From: Lytechinus pictus
Taxonomy: Eukaryota
Length of the DNA: 64,000 bases
Assembly: GCF_037042905.1 (NCBI RefSeq)
Contig: NC_087257.1
Location: forward strand, 3,472,001-3,536,000
Reading direction: 5' to 3'
Shown here: one piece after another, positions 28,635 to 41,486 of the stretch
Layout of the letters: the number at the start of each line of letters is the position of its first letter
Position numbering within the stretch: position 1 is the first letter of the stretch
Translations under genes and position numbers: made by a program
The notes under the pieces: generated by a model
Told to the model about the DNA's origin: nothing
Seen by the model: the letters and a program-made list of their open reading frames with translations, nothing else
Database searches by the model: none

Positions 28635-29448
28635 ACATCTTCATGCATTGCCACTCTATCTTTAAAAATATGAGCCTCTTTATGTCTTTCATTTTCATCT
28701 CTGTTATAGGTTAATTGGTGAGGTCACCAATGTTAATAACAGCATAAGAGTTAGTATCCACACAAGCAAGGTCCACTGCAGAGTCCTAGGGATTAGAATG
28801 TGGCAGTTCATGTCAGGCATCTTCATTGTATAGCCACTCCCAATGTTAACGTATAATGATGCTCCTTTTTTTTATTTCTGTCATAGGTTGGTTCATTTGG
28901 TGACCAATTTTAATGTCAACATGAGAGTTGGGATCCACACAGGTAAAGTGCATTGCAGCGTCTTTGGGATGAGGAAGTGGCAGTTCGATGTCAGTTCAAA
29001 GACGTCTTAATTGCATAGTCACTCACACTATCAACCACGTTTGATGAGTCTCCTTTATTACCTCTTCAGTTAGTTGGTTTGTGGGGTGGCCAGTGTTGAC
29101 GTCAACATATGATTTGGCATCCTTTTAAGCAGGGTGCACTGCAGTGTCCTTGAGATTAGAATGTGGCAATTAGTTATCAGTCTTAATTGCATCGCCATTC
29201 AAAATGTATGCCATGCCTAATGAGTCTCTTTATGTCTTTCCTTTTTATCTCTATGATTGATTGGTTGGTGAGGTGACGATTGTTGATGTCAACATGAGAG
29301 TTGGTATCCAAACAGGCCAGGTGACCTGCAGAGTCTTAGAGATGAGGAAGTGGCAGTTCGTTGTCGGTTCAAAGACATCTTCATTGCATAACCACTCACA
29401 ATGTTAACCACGCCTAATGAGCCTCTTTCTCTTTTATTTCTGTCGTAG
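28635..29448 (+). pseudogene. Tandem array of 4 decayed copies of [intron 3' end + first ~105 nt of exon B]
   Basis: Exon-like starts at 28710, 28887, 29073, 29260 (real exon 29449); copy 2 reads [40 protein letters not shown]. Confidence 0.95.
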
Positions 29449-29607
29449 GTTGGTTCGTGAGGTCACCAATGTTGATGTCAACATGAGGGTTGGTATCCAC
29501 ACAGGCAAAGTGCACTGCGGAGTCCTGGGGATGAGAAAGTGGCAGTTCGATGTCTGGTCAAATGATGTCACACTGGCAAATATCATGGAGGCAGGCGGTA
29601 TGCCTGG
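29449..29607 (+). CDS. ADCY5: AC exon B (159 nt, C1a): [53 protein letters not shown]
   Basis: tcgtag| acceptor, |gtaagt donor; phase 2 matches exon A (TC+G=Ser). Confidence 0.97.
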
Positions 29608-31209
29608 GTAAGTCGATGGAACATGATTATGATTTCTATTATCCATCTGTGACCAGCAACTCCAATGCCAACAATAAGTCACCCAAATTTGCTTTTGAGA
29701 TTTTCCTTAGCTTTAAAAAGCATATTCTAAGCTTTAAACTGATATATGACTTGTCATAATTAGTCTACAATAACCCTTACAAGTACTTAGTGGAATGCAC
29801 ATTGCACAACTTTATCATTGAACATTTACATATGTGATTAGCATCCTGCGCACCCCTGATAAAAATATTTCATACCCGTTGTCTCCATTTTAATAACATC
29901 ACACATTCTGTACTTCATATTTTTTCTACATACATGAACTACCTTTTCCCAAATCCATTTTTTTTTAATATTTCTATCTTGATTTGTATTTATTGCTTTT
30001 AACTGAACTGTTTAATTTGCAAAATTTGAGTTGAGTATACTGCCATTAAAGTTATTCCCAGGGGTTAAATCCTGTTTGGAATGTACACAGAATATCTACT
30101 TTACCTTGAATTGAATATTCAGAGTGTTCTTCAATTGGTTCAAGAAAATTGAAGATAGATCTATTTTAGCCACAAATTCACCCTATATGGTGAGTCCCAT
30201 ATATGGCATGTTTTGTTTGCTAAAAGCCCTCTTCTTCTGTATCTCTTTCATTATTTCACTGATTTGGGAAAACCAAAATTGTGGAGGGAGACGCTGCTCT
30301 GAGATTGAAAGAAAATAGCTTGGAGTCTTTCCCAGTTTGGGACTGAACTAAGCATAATAACGATTAATATGAATCCGGCAACATAGAAGATCAAATGTTG
30401 CTTGTTGTGTGTGAAAAAAAGGATAATGCCCATTGCCACAGTGGTATGAGTGGCTTATTTTGCTCACTTGATATAGGTCTGTTTGTTGCTTGCAAGTAAA
30501 TGCTTCTTCTTCCATCGTGTGAGTGCTGCTCCAACGTGCTGGATATAAATGCTTGAATACATATTGCTTAAATAACATGCAAGCATTTTTATAGCATTTT
30601 TGGTAGTCTCTGTAAACGTTTTATTGTGTTTTGTGCTAGCAATTTAAGCATCTTCATTTCCCATTTCAAGGTTGCCGATGATTTATTCATGTTATATCTG
30701 TGATGAAATATTTTCTATTGAACTGAATGTCGTCTTGTGTTGACGTGCTCTAAGCATACAGTTAATGCAACAACTGTTGAATCTGAAATTACTAGCTTAT
30801 CAAGTCATCAATCATGGAGGCAAACGTTTGTCTTTAGATATTTCTAGAGTACCAGGCTAAAAGGAATTTTACCCAACATCAAGGTAGACATCGATTGGGT
30901 TTGTCTGGAAAGGCATATTCTGTCATTGAGTTATCACTGGCAGTCTCCTCCCGGTCGATAGCCTGCGCCCAGGAATTCTCTTATCGCAACCTGTGATCCC
31001 ACGTAAACACTTCATTGTCACCTCCGAATGAGAAAGGGGGCAATCGTCCACAGCACGGCGGGTCACGGGGCACCGGAAACGCAGAGCAACACTTTCCTTT
31101 GGAGGGTGCACGGTGCATTTCTGCAGCGACACTGTGCCTCTTCAGATTCAAAAGTCCGGAGGCTAGATCACGTGTGTGTCATTCCGCAGTATATTGTGTT
31201 TTCGTCATT

Positions 31210-31710
31210 TATCTCTGTCTCTTCTTCCTCAGTTTACTTGTCTCACTTTTCTGCATTCTAAAGACCTCTCTAGTTCCCTTTCTCCACTTTCCTCCCTTAC
31301 TTTCTCTTTTTTGTTTCTGCCACTCTCCTCATCTCTCCTTTGTTCCTTTTTTTACTCCACATTTCCCACGCACTGTCATCTTGTTCTCGTTATTTCTCCC
31401 TTCCTCTTTTCCTCTCTCTTCCTTATTCCTTTTCTGTCTGACTAACGTTTCTCTCTTTTTCTTCTTCTCTCTTTCTCTTTTTCTTCTTCTCTCTTTCTCT
31501 TCCCCCTCTCTTTCTCTTTATTTTTATTCTGTCTGCTGCCTCCCCTCTTTCTCCACTCCTCTGTTCTTTACCCCAATTCCCTACTCCTCCCTGGTTTTCT
31601 ACCCCTCCCCCTCTTCGTCTCGTTCTTTACCTCCTCCTCCTTCTCCTCCTCTTCATCCCTCCATTTTTCTTTCCCATTCCCTCCTCTCTTTCTCCCATTC
31701 TTTTATTTCA
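31210..31710. repeat. CT-rich low-complexity tract
   Basis: Composition; explains the 232-aa ORF. Confidence 0.9.
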
Positions 31711-31899
31711 TGATTGGAGGACCTGTAGACCAGTTTGATTTTTTTCCCCTCCTCTTGCCCATGGGGGTCTGTTGACCTCCCTCCCCTCCTCCATCTCTTG
31801 TTCACAATCCACTACTTTCCTGTCACTCTCACCATTACATTCTGTCAGGTACCCTAAATATCCCCTTGCCTTTTGAGTTGCCTCCGCTCCCTTGCCTCT

Positions 31900-32315
31900 C
31901 TCCAATACATATTTCACAAAAGGTGCCTTCATGGCCAATCAATCACAACAATACCTGTAGATTACAAGAACTTGCTTAAGCCTCATAATACTGGATTTTT
32001 TCTTCATTTTTTGTGTGTTTGTTCATACCTACCCTAACCAGACAAAGTATTCTGAATACCTGCCTGCCTTCAACTTGTTTCTGACTTGCCGCCCTTTTGT
32101 TTTTCTCCAATGCTTTGTCACAAAAATTGCTTTTATACCCAATCAATCAAAACATTACTTAAAAATTGCAATAACTGACATTCAGGCCTGAAAATACCTG
32201 ATCATTGTATTTTGTGTGTGTTCAAATCCACCTGAACCAGATAAATTACTGTAGTTTCTCCAATGCTAACCTTACAAAAGGTGTTCTCATACACAATCAG
32301 TCATAACAGTAACCA
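31900..32315. repeat. ~150-205 bp tandem duplication, about 2.3 copies
   Basis: ctccaat...acaaaa...caatca(a/g)tca recurs at ~31900, 32105, 32258. Confidence 0.7.
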
Positions 32316-32339
32316 TAACTTTATAATAATTATAATGTC

Positions 32340-32615
32340 TTAGTTACCCAGGGTAGCCACTTCAGTTATAAAACTGCTCGACCAGCAGGCCTTTCATAAA
32401 ATGATAAATGAATAATAATAAATAATATAGGATTTATATAGCACACATGTCCACCCTGTTTGGTGCTCAAGGTGCTCCTATATTACACTAAAATAACATG
32501 ACATCATATTATTAACCTTCTTAAATTTAAGAGCAGAACACCAAGCAAAAAGGCAGAAGGTTCCACTTTTTAAAGTCTTTGGTATGACTCGGCCTGGGGA
32601 TGAAACCCCGACCAC
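32340..32615 (-). mobile_element. Cluster of SINE fragments (two tail types plus a Meta-like core/head)
   Basis: ttacccagggtagccacttcag matches the reverse of ~47138-47157; ggtgctcaaggtgctcctatatt; aaagtctttggtatgactcggcctgggga. Confidence 0.65.
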
Positions 32616-32689
32616 ATGATTCCTGTTAGAAGACACAGCAGAGACTTTTGACAAGGAACCTTATTTTACCGTAAATAGCAAATTAGTCT

Positions 32690-33050
32690 ATTACCAACTC
32701 TTCCACTCATCACATGGTCTAACTACATTTAGTTTAATGCCATTCCATCCATCAACATTTCGTCTTTTGGTCAAATAACCATTTGGTCCAATCATCACTT
32801 CGTCTTACCACGAGTTCGTCTTTGACCATTTCGTATCATAACCAGTTGGTCTAATATCCATTTAATTTTTTTTGTTTTGCCCAATTAACATTTATTCCCA
32901 TTAGACCAAACGGTATATGGACTATATGGACCAACTGGTTATTGGACGAAAAGGTGGGAGGACAAAATGGCACTTAGACCATGTGGATAGTGGATGAACT
33001 GATGGTAGACCAATTGATAGTAGACAAGTTGACGAATTGGACGACTTGAT
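32690..33050. repeat. Quasi-palindromic interspersed repeat (ttggtc/ttcgtc arm versus gaccaa/gacgaa arm)
   Basis: Inverted motif arrays. Confidence 0.65.
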
Positions 33051-34658
33051 AAACCTATTTTACACATTTCCAATGTTCCCTTTTCTTATCAAGTCTAGAT
33101 ATGTCATTCCTCTCATATCATCACTTGCTTATCTACCGATTCCCACACTCGCTCTCTAACATTCCCTCATCACCAACACCCAACCACGACGACGGTTGCC
33201 AAGCCTCTCGGTCCTCAAACACAATTTATCGGAAGTCGGGTTCTTAGGGAGGGTGCTTATAAACGGGTTTGATTTCCTTTATTTCTAATGATCGAATCAG
33301 ACGGTTGCAGGTCTGTGACTCTTCTAGAATATCCCCTGGCGGTATTGATAGAGGGGCAAGGACCTGCCTCCTTTTCTTTCTTTAAAGGGGGAACTGACAT
33401 CGCAGGAGCTACAGTACACATTCCCCCATAGGCCTATTGATTGCTACATTCTGTTTCAGTGGCTAATTTGTTCACATTTTGAATATCGGTGCATCTGATT
33501 TTAGCAGGTGTTTCTGCATTGATTGATAAATGAAAACATAAATTCACAGTAATCATATATATAAAAAAGCATACAAAAAAGAAATCAAAATACAAATGTG
33601 ACATTTACAATATAACAATAGATAATAGACATAATTCACATAAATAATATAAACAAGTACAAATATTTATAAATGCAGGGCCAGCTATCGTAAGAAAACG
33701 CATTGAGAGATAAAAGTAGGATAAACATGTATACTATGTATTCTTATGATGTAATTTTTCTTTCTTTTTTCAGATGAGGTTGATGATTTTTTTATAATTT
33801 AATTAAATTCAATGAATAATATTACCATTTTATTGTGTATGCTTCTACTCATACACTAATAGAGTCATGAACCACAATGCATCATTTTTCATTGAGCTGC
33901 ATATATATATCTATATGCTATGCCTTCTTATTATCTCCGTTTGATCTTCCTTGGCATGGTATATCAATGTTATATTACACTGTTGTCATGGCGAGACTTG
34001 CTGCTTGATCTGTAGGGGCTGGATTTCAAGAATCATTTGTGAGAAATGAAAGGTACATTAAAATGTAACTGGCCTTTTTAGGTTACATAACATTCCTCCA
34101 TTACATCCTAGCATGTAGTATATTTACTGAAGGTAATCGGGGTTGGGGGGCTTGTTAGCGCTAAATGTCATATGTTCATAGCTGGTGTGTGTTCATTTGT
34201 ATTATTCAAGGAAGAGTTAATGCTCTTTTGGCCCTGAGTTTTATAAAGCACTCTATCATGTGATCGTTATGTTCTCCCCCTGTCTATTTCCTTCTCTCAT
34301 TCTCTTTTTCTTGTTCCCTTCTATCTCCTTTCACTCTCTCTGTTTTCCACCTCTCTTTCTCTCTCTCCCTCCCATCAGTAGGTATGTTTCTTGATTGCTA
34401 ACATGCTGAGACTAATATTTACCTCGACTCAAAGTACATTGGCTTTATCGACCTGGCAGAAGTGCTTAAAAGCCATTCATGTGCTGTTTATGTCCTTCAC
34501 TAAAAGTTTAGATAGCTAGACTTAGGTGTGTTTTCAGGATCAAAAGGGCTTACAGTAGTTTTCCCAACTGTCCTGTTTTACAATAGATCTAGTAGCAACA
34601 CCACCTTACGATATTGTCAATCATCCTATTGAAATGTCAGTATAACAGACTCCTGACC

Positions 34659-35005
34659 CACTGTAAGCACAGGGTGTTCAAACTGACTCCAGTTGGTGTC
34701 CAGAGAGGACCACAGATTGAGGTGTTAAAATGACACCCTAGAGTTTGCACACAACACCCACAGACTGAGGTGTTAAAATGTTGCCCTAGTGTTAAAACAT
34801 AACACCAAAGGTGTGTATTAACACCCACAGACTGAGGCGTTTTAATTACACCCTAGAGTTTGAATAATAACACCAAAATATGTAAAAATAACAAAGGTGT
34901 TTATTAACACCCATAGACCGAGGTGTTAAAACTACACCTAGAGTTTGAACATATTATCAAAATATGTACAAGTTAAAGGTATTTATTAACACCCATAGGT
35001 GTTGA
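34659..35005. repeat. MITE remnant with internal tandem units (cagactgaggtgttaaaatgacaccctagagtttg)
   Basis: Visible repetition. Confidence 0.75.
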
Positions 35006-35199
35006 ACTAAGACCACAAACGTAGCACTGAATTTTTGATACGAAATTCTGTGTAATTCCTAGGTTTGATGGCATTACCACTTTTTCCCCCCAAAAAATAA
35101 AAAAATGAGTATTTCTTCAAGTAGGAATTTCTCTACCATTTTTTTTTTCTTCTTTTCTCGTTCAGAGGTACTTCATTCTTCATATTCTTTTCTCATCAT

Positions 35200-36050
35200 A
35201 ACAATTTTTGTCGAGACACATTTTGTGTAGATTTACAAAAGAAGTTACATACCGGTATACTCATAGACAGTAATCATCAACTAATTAATCAAAGTTTAAT
35301 CTTTAGTTAATTAAAGTTTCTCTATCGGGTTAAAGCTCTTTGAACATCTTGAATTAAATGAACTTTGGATTGAAATCGCCATTTTACATAAAAAAGTATC
35401 TCATTCTTGATGAACTCATACCAAATTGAAAATACATTAAAAGCTCTTCCTTATATCTTATACATGACATAGGATTTGTATATTGCATATTGTGCAAATA
35501 TTATAAACAAATTAACCAACATAAAGTTGCGATCTTGACTTTGAACAATGTAGTTTCGTTAATAGGAATTGTCATTTTAAACTTAAATTGGCAACTAGAT
35601 TACATTCTAAGATAATGTGAACGAAAGTTTCTTCTGCTTCACAGAACATAGAAGAATTTTTATTAGCTAATTTCCATTGACATAAGTTGAATTCAAAGGG
35701 TAATAAATTGTGAAGCATTTTCAAGTTATATCGTTGAACCTTGTTTTACTTCAAATACTTTAGTTTGAAATTTAAAATGTTTTGCCTTTCAATGTTTAGT
35801 GGTAATCCTAATTTAGATTTCCAGTAATGTAAAATTCACCATTTAGATATTATTTTTTTGTATTCCTTGGGTTTTAGTGCAGTACCATTTTTTTCTATAA
35901 AAAAAGTATTTCTTTGAGTTTAATGTTGAAGGGATTTCACCCATATATTTATACACGTGCATTATTCCCTTGTTTGCTTACAGTCCATGGGTCGTTCATT
36001 GTTCAATAAAGTGAACCATTGTTGACATTTTGGCATGAAGATGGTCTTTT
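35200..36050 (-). mobile_element. Decayed L1/Tx1-type LINE ORF2 C-terminus (zf-RVT-like)
   Basis: Minus strand reads LHNLLPFEFNLCQWKLANKNSSMFCEAEETFVHIILEC; boundaries approximate. Confidence 0.7.
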
Positions 36051-36639
36051 CAATGTTTTTTTCAATTTCTCACAAATTTAGATGATTCATAAATAAATGT
36101 TGTTAGTATTGTTAGTATCTCATAAAAGTAACACTAGAATTAAGTATGAAAATAAAGTGGTTTCCTTATGAGCCACCAAAAATTCAGTACAATGCATTCC
36201 GTAAGAAGATTTCGTGCAGCATGTATAGTGAGAGGGTACAACAGAGCATAAACCCTGTAAGGTAATAGCATTTGAGTAATTGAGGTTAATTAGATTTTAA
36301 TCATCCTCTTCATCTTGTTCTTAAATGCCCAATTAAGATATATTAGGTCTCATTATAGAGCTAATGGCATTCATCAAACAGACCTGGTTCTCAAATGTGA
36401 TGTATTGTATAGTGCTACCAAATAGTAAATGGAAGGTGTACATGAATATCACTTGTCCGATATAATACTCAAAGTGATAACAAACTCTTCTACGATGAAC
36501 AGTTGTGTTTGTTTCTGTTTTGTGGTACCTGTATGACCTTAATTTGGGGATATGTTTCATGGCAGTTTTATTTATTTAAGATATGTGAGATTTTTTAGCT
36601 AATTTTGGCTAATCACAAATGACATGATGGTATAGAATG

Positions 36640-37020
36640 TGATTATGATGAGGAAAGAGGGGATAATGATGGTGATGACGATGGTGACGATTGTAATCAA
36701 TCTCATATTGGTGATGATGATGATGAATTGATGATGATGACTTTAGTTGTGGTGGAAGTGATGATGATTATTGTCGATGATGATGTTTTTATTGCCGTTG
36801 TCATGATAACGGTGACCATGATGATGTTGATGGTGATGAGGTGATAATGATTGTGTTGGTTTGGTTGTGACTATGATGATGATTATGATGGTAGTGGTGG
36901 TGATGGTGGTGATGATGATGATGATGATATTAGTAATGATCATGATGATGGAGATGATGACAACAATTACAGCAATTGATGATTTAAAGTGATGATGATG
37001 ATAAGGTTGATGGTGATATT
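36640..37020. repeat. (GAT/GGT)n microsatellite; similar triplet tracts at 12063-12190, 17878-17955, 53500-53700
   Basis: Visible. Confidence 0.9.
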
Positions 37021-38246
37021 CTCAATAATGCATCATCTAACGATAATGCTTAATCTTAAGTAGATATGAATGTAGTGATACCTTTATTTGCATTTTAACA
37101 TATTTCCCCCTCCCCTACCTTATTTACCTCACTTTATCTCTGTCTTCCTCTCTATCTCTCTTTCTCTCTCCCTTTGTAATTTTTCCCTCTGGCCCGTAAT
37201 CTGAAGTCGGATTTAATTTAAACTCCAGTCTGAAGTTGTGGTTTAACTATGGATAACCAATTGTGATATAAATCTCTAACAGTAGAGGTTCAGGATATCA
37301 GCTCATTTGACTCACAAATCATTCTTAACTGTCTGGGAACACAATAAGATAGTTGTCATCATTTAAAAAAAATTGGGAAAGCACAGTAAACATACCATGT
37401 AAAAATACATTTTACACTGTTGGCTTTCTTTGATTTAAGCACAAAGTTGGACCATGGCCTAAGTTAAACCTGACTTCAGCAAACAGGGCTCTGTGTCTCT
37501 ATCACTTTTTCTCTCTCTATATATATTTTAATTTTTGGTCACATGCTCTGAGGCAAGGGAAGTGAGCTTCATAATGTTTGGTAATGTTCAATTGGAATGG
37601 CTCCCACAGTCCCACAGGCAGGTTGTTAACATGAATAATACATGGATCGTGTCATTGCAGTTTGCATCTGAGAGGACCAGAGTATTGCTTCGTCAACCTG
37701 CTTTTTTTAGCTTAGCAGATTTAAATAGATGTTAAGAAATGAAATTCAAATACTAAAGAAATGCAGAGTGGAAGAAGGGGTAGAAAATCTGAGGAGGAGG
37801 GTCTAGGGCGGCCACAAAATGCTTTTGAAAGTGGGGGGAATAAGGGTGATCATGTGAACAATCAAAATAAGTTGTTAATTTTCACGATTTAGTATATATT
37901 CTATACCTCCCCCCCAAAAAAGGTGGGGTGATTGAAGCCCCCATCCTCAAATTGGTGGGATCTGTAATAATGGAAATGATGGCATATAGAGACAGAGAGA
38001 GACGGGTAGAGAGAGAGGGGGGGGAGAGACAGGCAGACAAAAAGAGAGATACAGAGAGAGCTGTAGAAGAGATTGTCAGAGAAAGAGGAAAAAAAAGACC
38101 TGAGACTCCAAGAGTAAGAGACAAACAGATCGTGGGAGCGACGGGTAAAAAGAAAGAAATTTGGGAGACAGCAAGATTAATTCTTGCATTTTTAATCGTT
38201 TCGCCAATGCACCTCATTGATCTGAACCGAGAATTGAATGATTATA

Positions 38247-39227
38247 CAGTGCGTATCAAAAAAAAGTTTACACTTAGAAAAAGTCCTGTAAAATTATACA
38301 TTTGTAATATCCTGAAGATTTTTCCACATTTTAACATTGTTACAGATCCATTAAAGCATATGAAGATATAAATGTCAAAAAATATTTCCGCTTGAGTGAG
38401 CACCACTTACTGTTGAAAAGTTTGTGAAAAATGATTTGCGCAGAACTTTGAAATAGTTATGCGAATAAAAGTAGACGTTAATCATGAAGAACACATGGAA
38501 TTTAGCTAGTAAAATTGATTTGAAGATATCTTTTACCTTTTTAAACTTGTTTACTTGCCTAAAACACTTTGAAGAATGCCATTGCGCCCCAACCCCACTC
38601 CCCCACACGCCTAGGCCATCCTGACGATATTTGCTTTACACGGAGCTGTGATTTTCATGAAATGGCTTAGGCTTGATTTTCATTTTGTTAATCATTGTCA
38701 AGCTTGGGAAAAGTGTGGAGAAACAAGTATTAAATGAAAAATGAAATATAAACCCACTTTAAGTGATAAAAATGTAGTGAAAAAATGTTGGAGATGTCTG
38801 ATATAAGCTTTTGTTTAAATTTAGTTATGTCCTCAGATCCAGCTGGCACAAATAGGGTAAAGATTGTGCTCACTAAGTGTTAACATTTTAATTTTGGTGG
38901 CATATTGTTACAAAATGTATCCGTTTTATTTTATTGACTCAAAGTGCAAGGGAAATGTATGAGAAATGTTTCGCAGGGTTAGTTTGATTTTGCCCTTTCC
39001 CTTTGACACGGTGAAAACGAGCATTTCTGCACAAACAGATAAGATTTCTGCGAGCTTTACAAAAATGGACAGTGCTCACTCAAGTTTAACATTTTGTCAA
39101 AATATTTACTTTTATTGGATAGATGAGACCCAAACCAAAGAATATATGTGGAAAAATTACCCACATGTTGTATATTTTTTAATTCCCGGGGCTTTTTCAA
39201 AGTGTAACCTTTTTTTGGTATGCACTG
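38247..39227. mobile_element. Non-autonomous Tc1/mariner-type element (TA TSD)
   Basis: ta|cagtgcgtatcaaaaaaaagtttacacttagaaaaag ... ctttttcaaagtgtaaccttttttttggtatgcactg|ta. Confidence 0.9.
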
Positions 39228-41011
39228 TATATGTGATGATGCTCCTGTGTATTGATGTGTTTGGTACTATTGTCATGAAAGTTTAGGTCACACCCTCTTA
39301 AGGAACAAAAGCGGGATAACAGTGTCATCCAGTGCAGTTATCAACATGAAAATTGTATCGAACCCTGCGGCAACGGTGTGGAACATGTAAGAGAAGCAAG
39401 GTGGGAAGGTGTAATTTTCAGGTCTCGGTGGTTGGGAGTGATTTTGATTTCATGTGTTACGCTTTAGTTTGTTGCGCAGGAGAGATCATGGGTTGATTCG
39501 ATTGATGCAATCATACATGCATGCCCTACTTGTTTTTCATGTGCCAAACAGTATCGAGGCCTAGATCATCTGATTTGATTTGATATTACTTCATTGATCC
39601 AAAAGTAGAGGAAAAAAATACTAAGTACATGAACATAATGACAGACTAAGATAAGCCCAGAACACTTTGCATTTATGTCAATACTGGGTAATAATATAAA
39701 TGTACAGTAGTTTTTCATTTAGTTTTTTGGTATTTTGCATCCCCTCCCCCTTCACACTAGTGTTATTGCATGTATTTAATCATATTTTTTTCTATCTTTC
39801 CCGATGGTTATTCTGTCTTTATAATCTTCAATTCATTTATTTTACTTCAATTTCATTTGAGTATCTTATGCTTGGATACAATGTGTATTCAATAAGTTAT
39901 GATGAATATTATGAATCATTATTTCTTTTATTGAGAGATTATTTTTCAGATTATCCTAGATACCTAGCAGAATTAATTCCTTGAATGCACTGAACAGCAG
40001 AATGAAAAGAGTGGCAGCTCAAGTTTAAGCTGGAAGAGTAATATTTGTGCATTGTATCCTCTGGATAGAGTGCGACTTAATTCCAATTATTATTAAAATA
40101 CATATTTTTTTATACGTAGGAGCAAGATGGTAATAGGATTAAATATTTCAGCTGGATGATAAGACGAGGGAATGAGGAAATGGTGGCCAGGAGAAGGAAT
40201 GGAGGGAGGGTGCAGCATTTTGAGTGCATGAGNNNNNNNNNNNNNNNNNNNNNNNNNNNNNNNNNNNNNNNNNNNNNNNNNNNNNNNNNNNNNNNNNNNN
40301 NNNNNNNNNNNNNNNNNNNNNNNNNNNNNNNNNNNNNNNNNNNNNNNNNNNNNNNNNNNNNNNNNNNNNNNNNNNNNNNNNNNNNNNNNNNNNNNNNNNN
40401 NNNNNNNNNNNNNNNNNNNNNNNNNNNNNNNNNNNNNNNNNNNNNNNNNNNNNNNNNNNNNNNNNNNNNNNNNNNNNNNNNNNNNNNNNNNNNNNNNNNN
40501 NNNNNNNNNNNNNNNNNNNNNNNNNNNNNNNNNNNNNNNNNNNNNNNNNNNNNNNNNNNNNNNNNNNNNNNNNNNNNNNNNNNNNNNNNNNNNNNNNNNN
40601 AAAAGAAGAAAGAACATGTTTCAGGAAAATAAAAAGATGGTGAGTAAGAGTCACATGTAAGTACACAGTCTCAAGAGGATGCATGATATTGCGTATAAAT
40701 CAATATTAATATCATGTGCACATCTGCATTTAAGCCTGACTCTTAAGTCACTCTTACATCTTTGTTAAACACCCCCAGGAGTGCATAAGAGATGTGCTTA
40801 ATATTGACAAATAATTGTAACTTTTGTACATGGTTCCCAATAGACTTTTAGCCACGCTTAATTGAACAATGGATCATCTATACATCTATATTTCATGCTG
40901 TTATACAAGGTCGGGTAGAGGAAGAGGAGGAAAGCCAAAATAGAGAGAAAAAATAAAATGTGAGAGATAAGATTCTCAAGGGCAGGTGCAAGGGAAAAAA
41001 AAGCAGAGAGG

Positions 41012-41486
41012 AGGTGGTTTCAGACCGCCTCGAAGTTCGTCAGTTCCAGGTATTTTCTGATCGGGAAATTTACCAGAGCAGAAAATACCAGGTTATATTG
41101 GCAATGTGAAAGCAAATTACACGCAATATCCCCGAAAGAAAATACCCACTAAATAGTAGGTACTTGGCAAAATTACGAGAACTTTCACGGGGATTTTTCC
41201 AAGGTCGCAGGTATTTTGGCAATGTGAAAGCAATTTTCGGGAACTTTTAGCCCAGCGTGTAGTTGGGCGCGGGCGCCGTGGCTGGCTGCTAAGCTAATGG
41301 TTTTGAATCTCGCGCCTTGCCTGCTTATCAGACCATACTGCGCATGCTCCTGACTTCAGGAATTTATCCAGAAGGGTATGTTTCGGGGCGGTGTGAATGC
41401 AGGAATATTTAATGGGTATTTTTAGCATTAAAAAGTTCTCATAATTTAACGGGGATTCTTATGATCGAGGCGGTTTGAAACCACCT
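41012..41486. mobile_element. MITE with 22-bp TIR
   Basis: aggtggtttcagaccgcctcga ... tcgaggcggtttgaaaccacct. Confidence 0.88.

Noticed and set aside
28710-29448. Mutually exclusive alternative exon cluster (several spacings are multiples of 3)
   Set aside because: Copies lack the last ~50 nt and the donor of the true exon, contain stops, and lose conserved residues.
34659-35005. CRISPR-like spaced repeats (also 62480-62690)
   Set aside because: Eukaryotic context, no unique spacers, no cas genes; internal repeats of MITEs.
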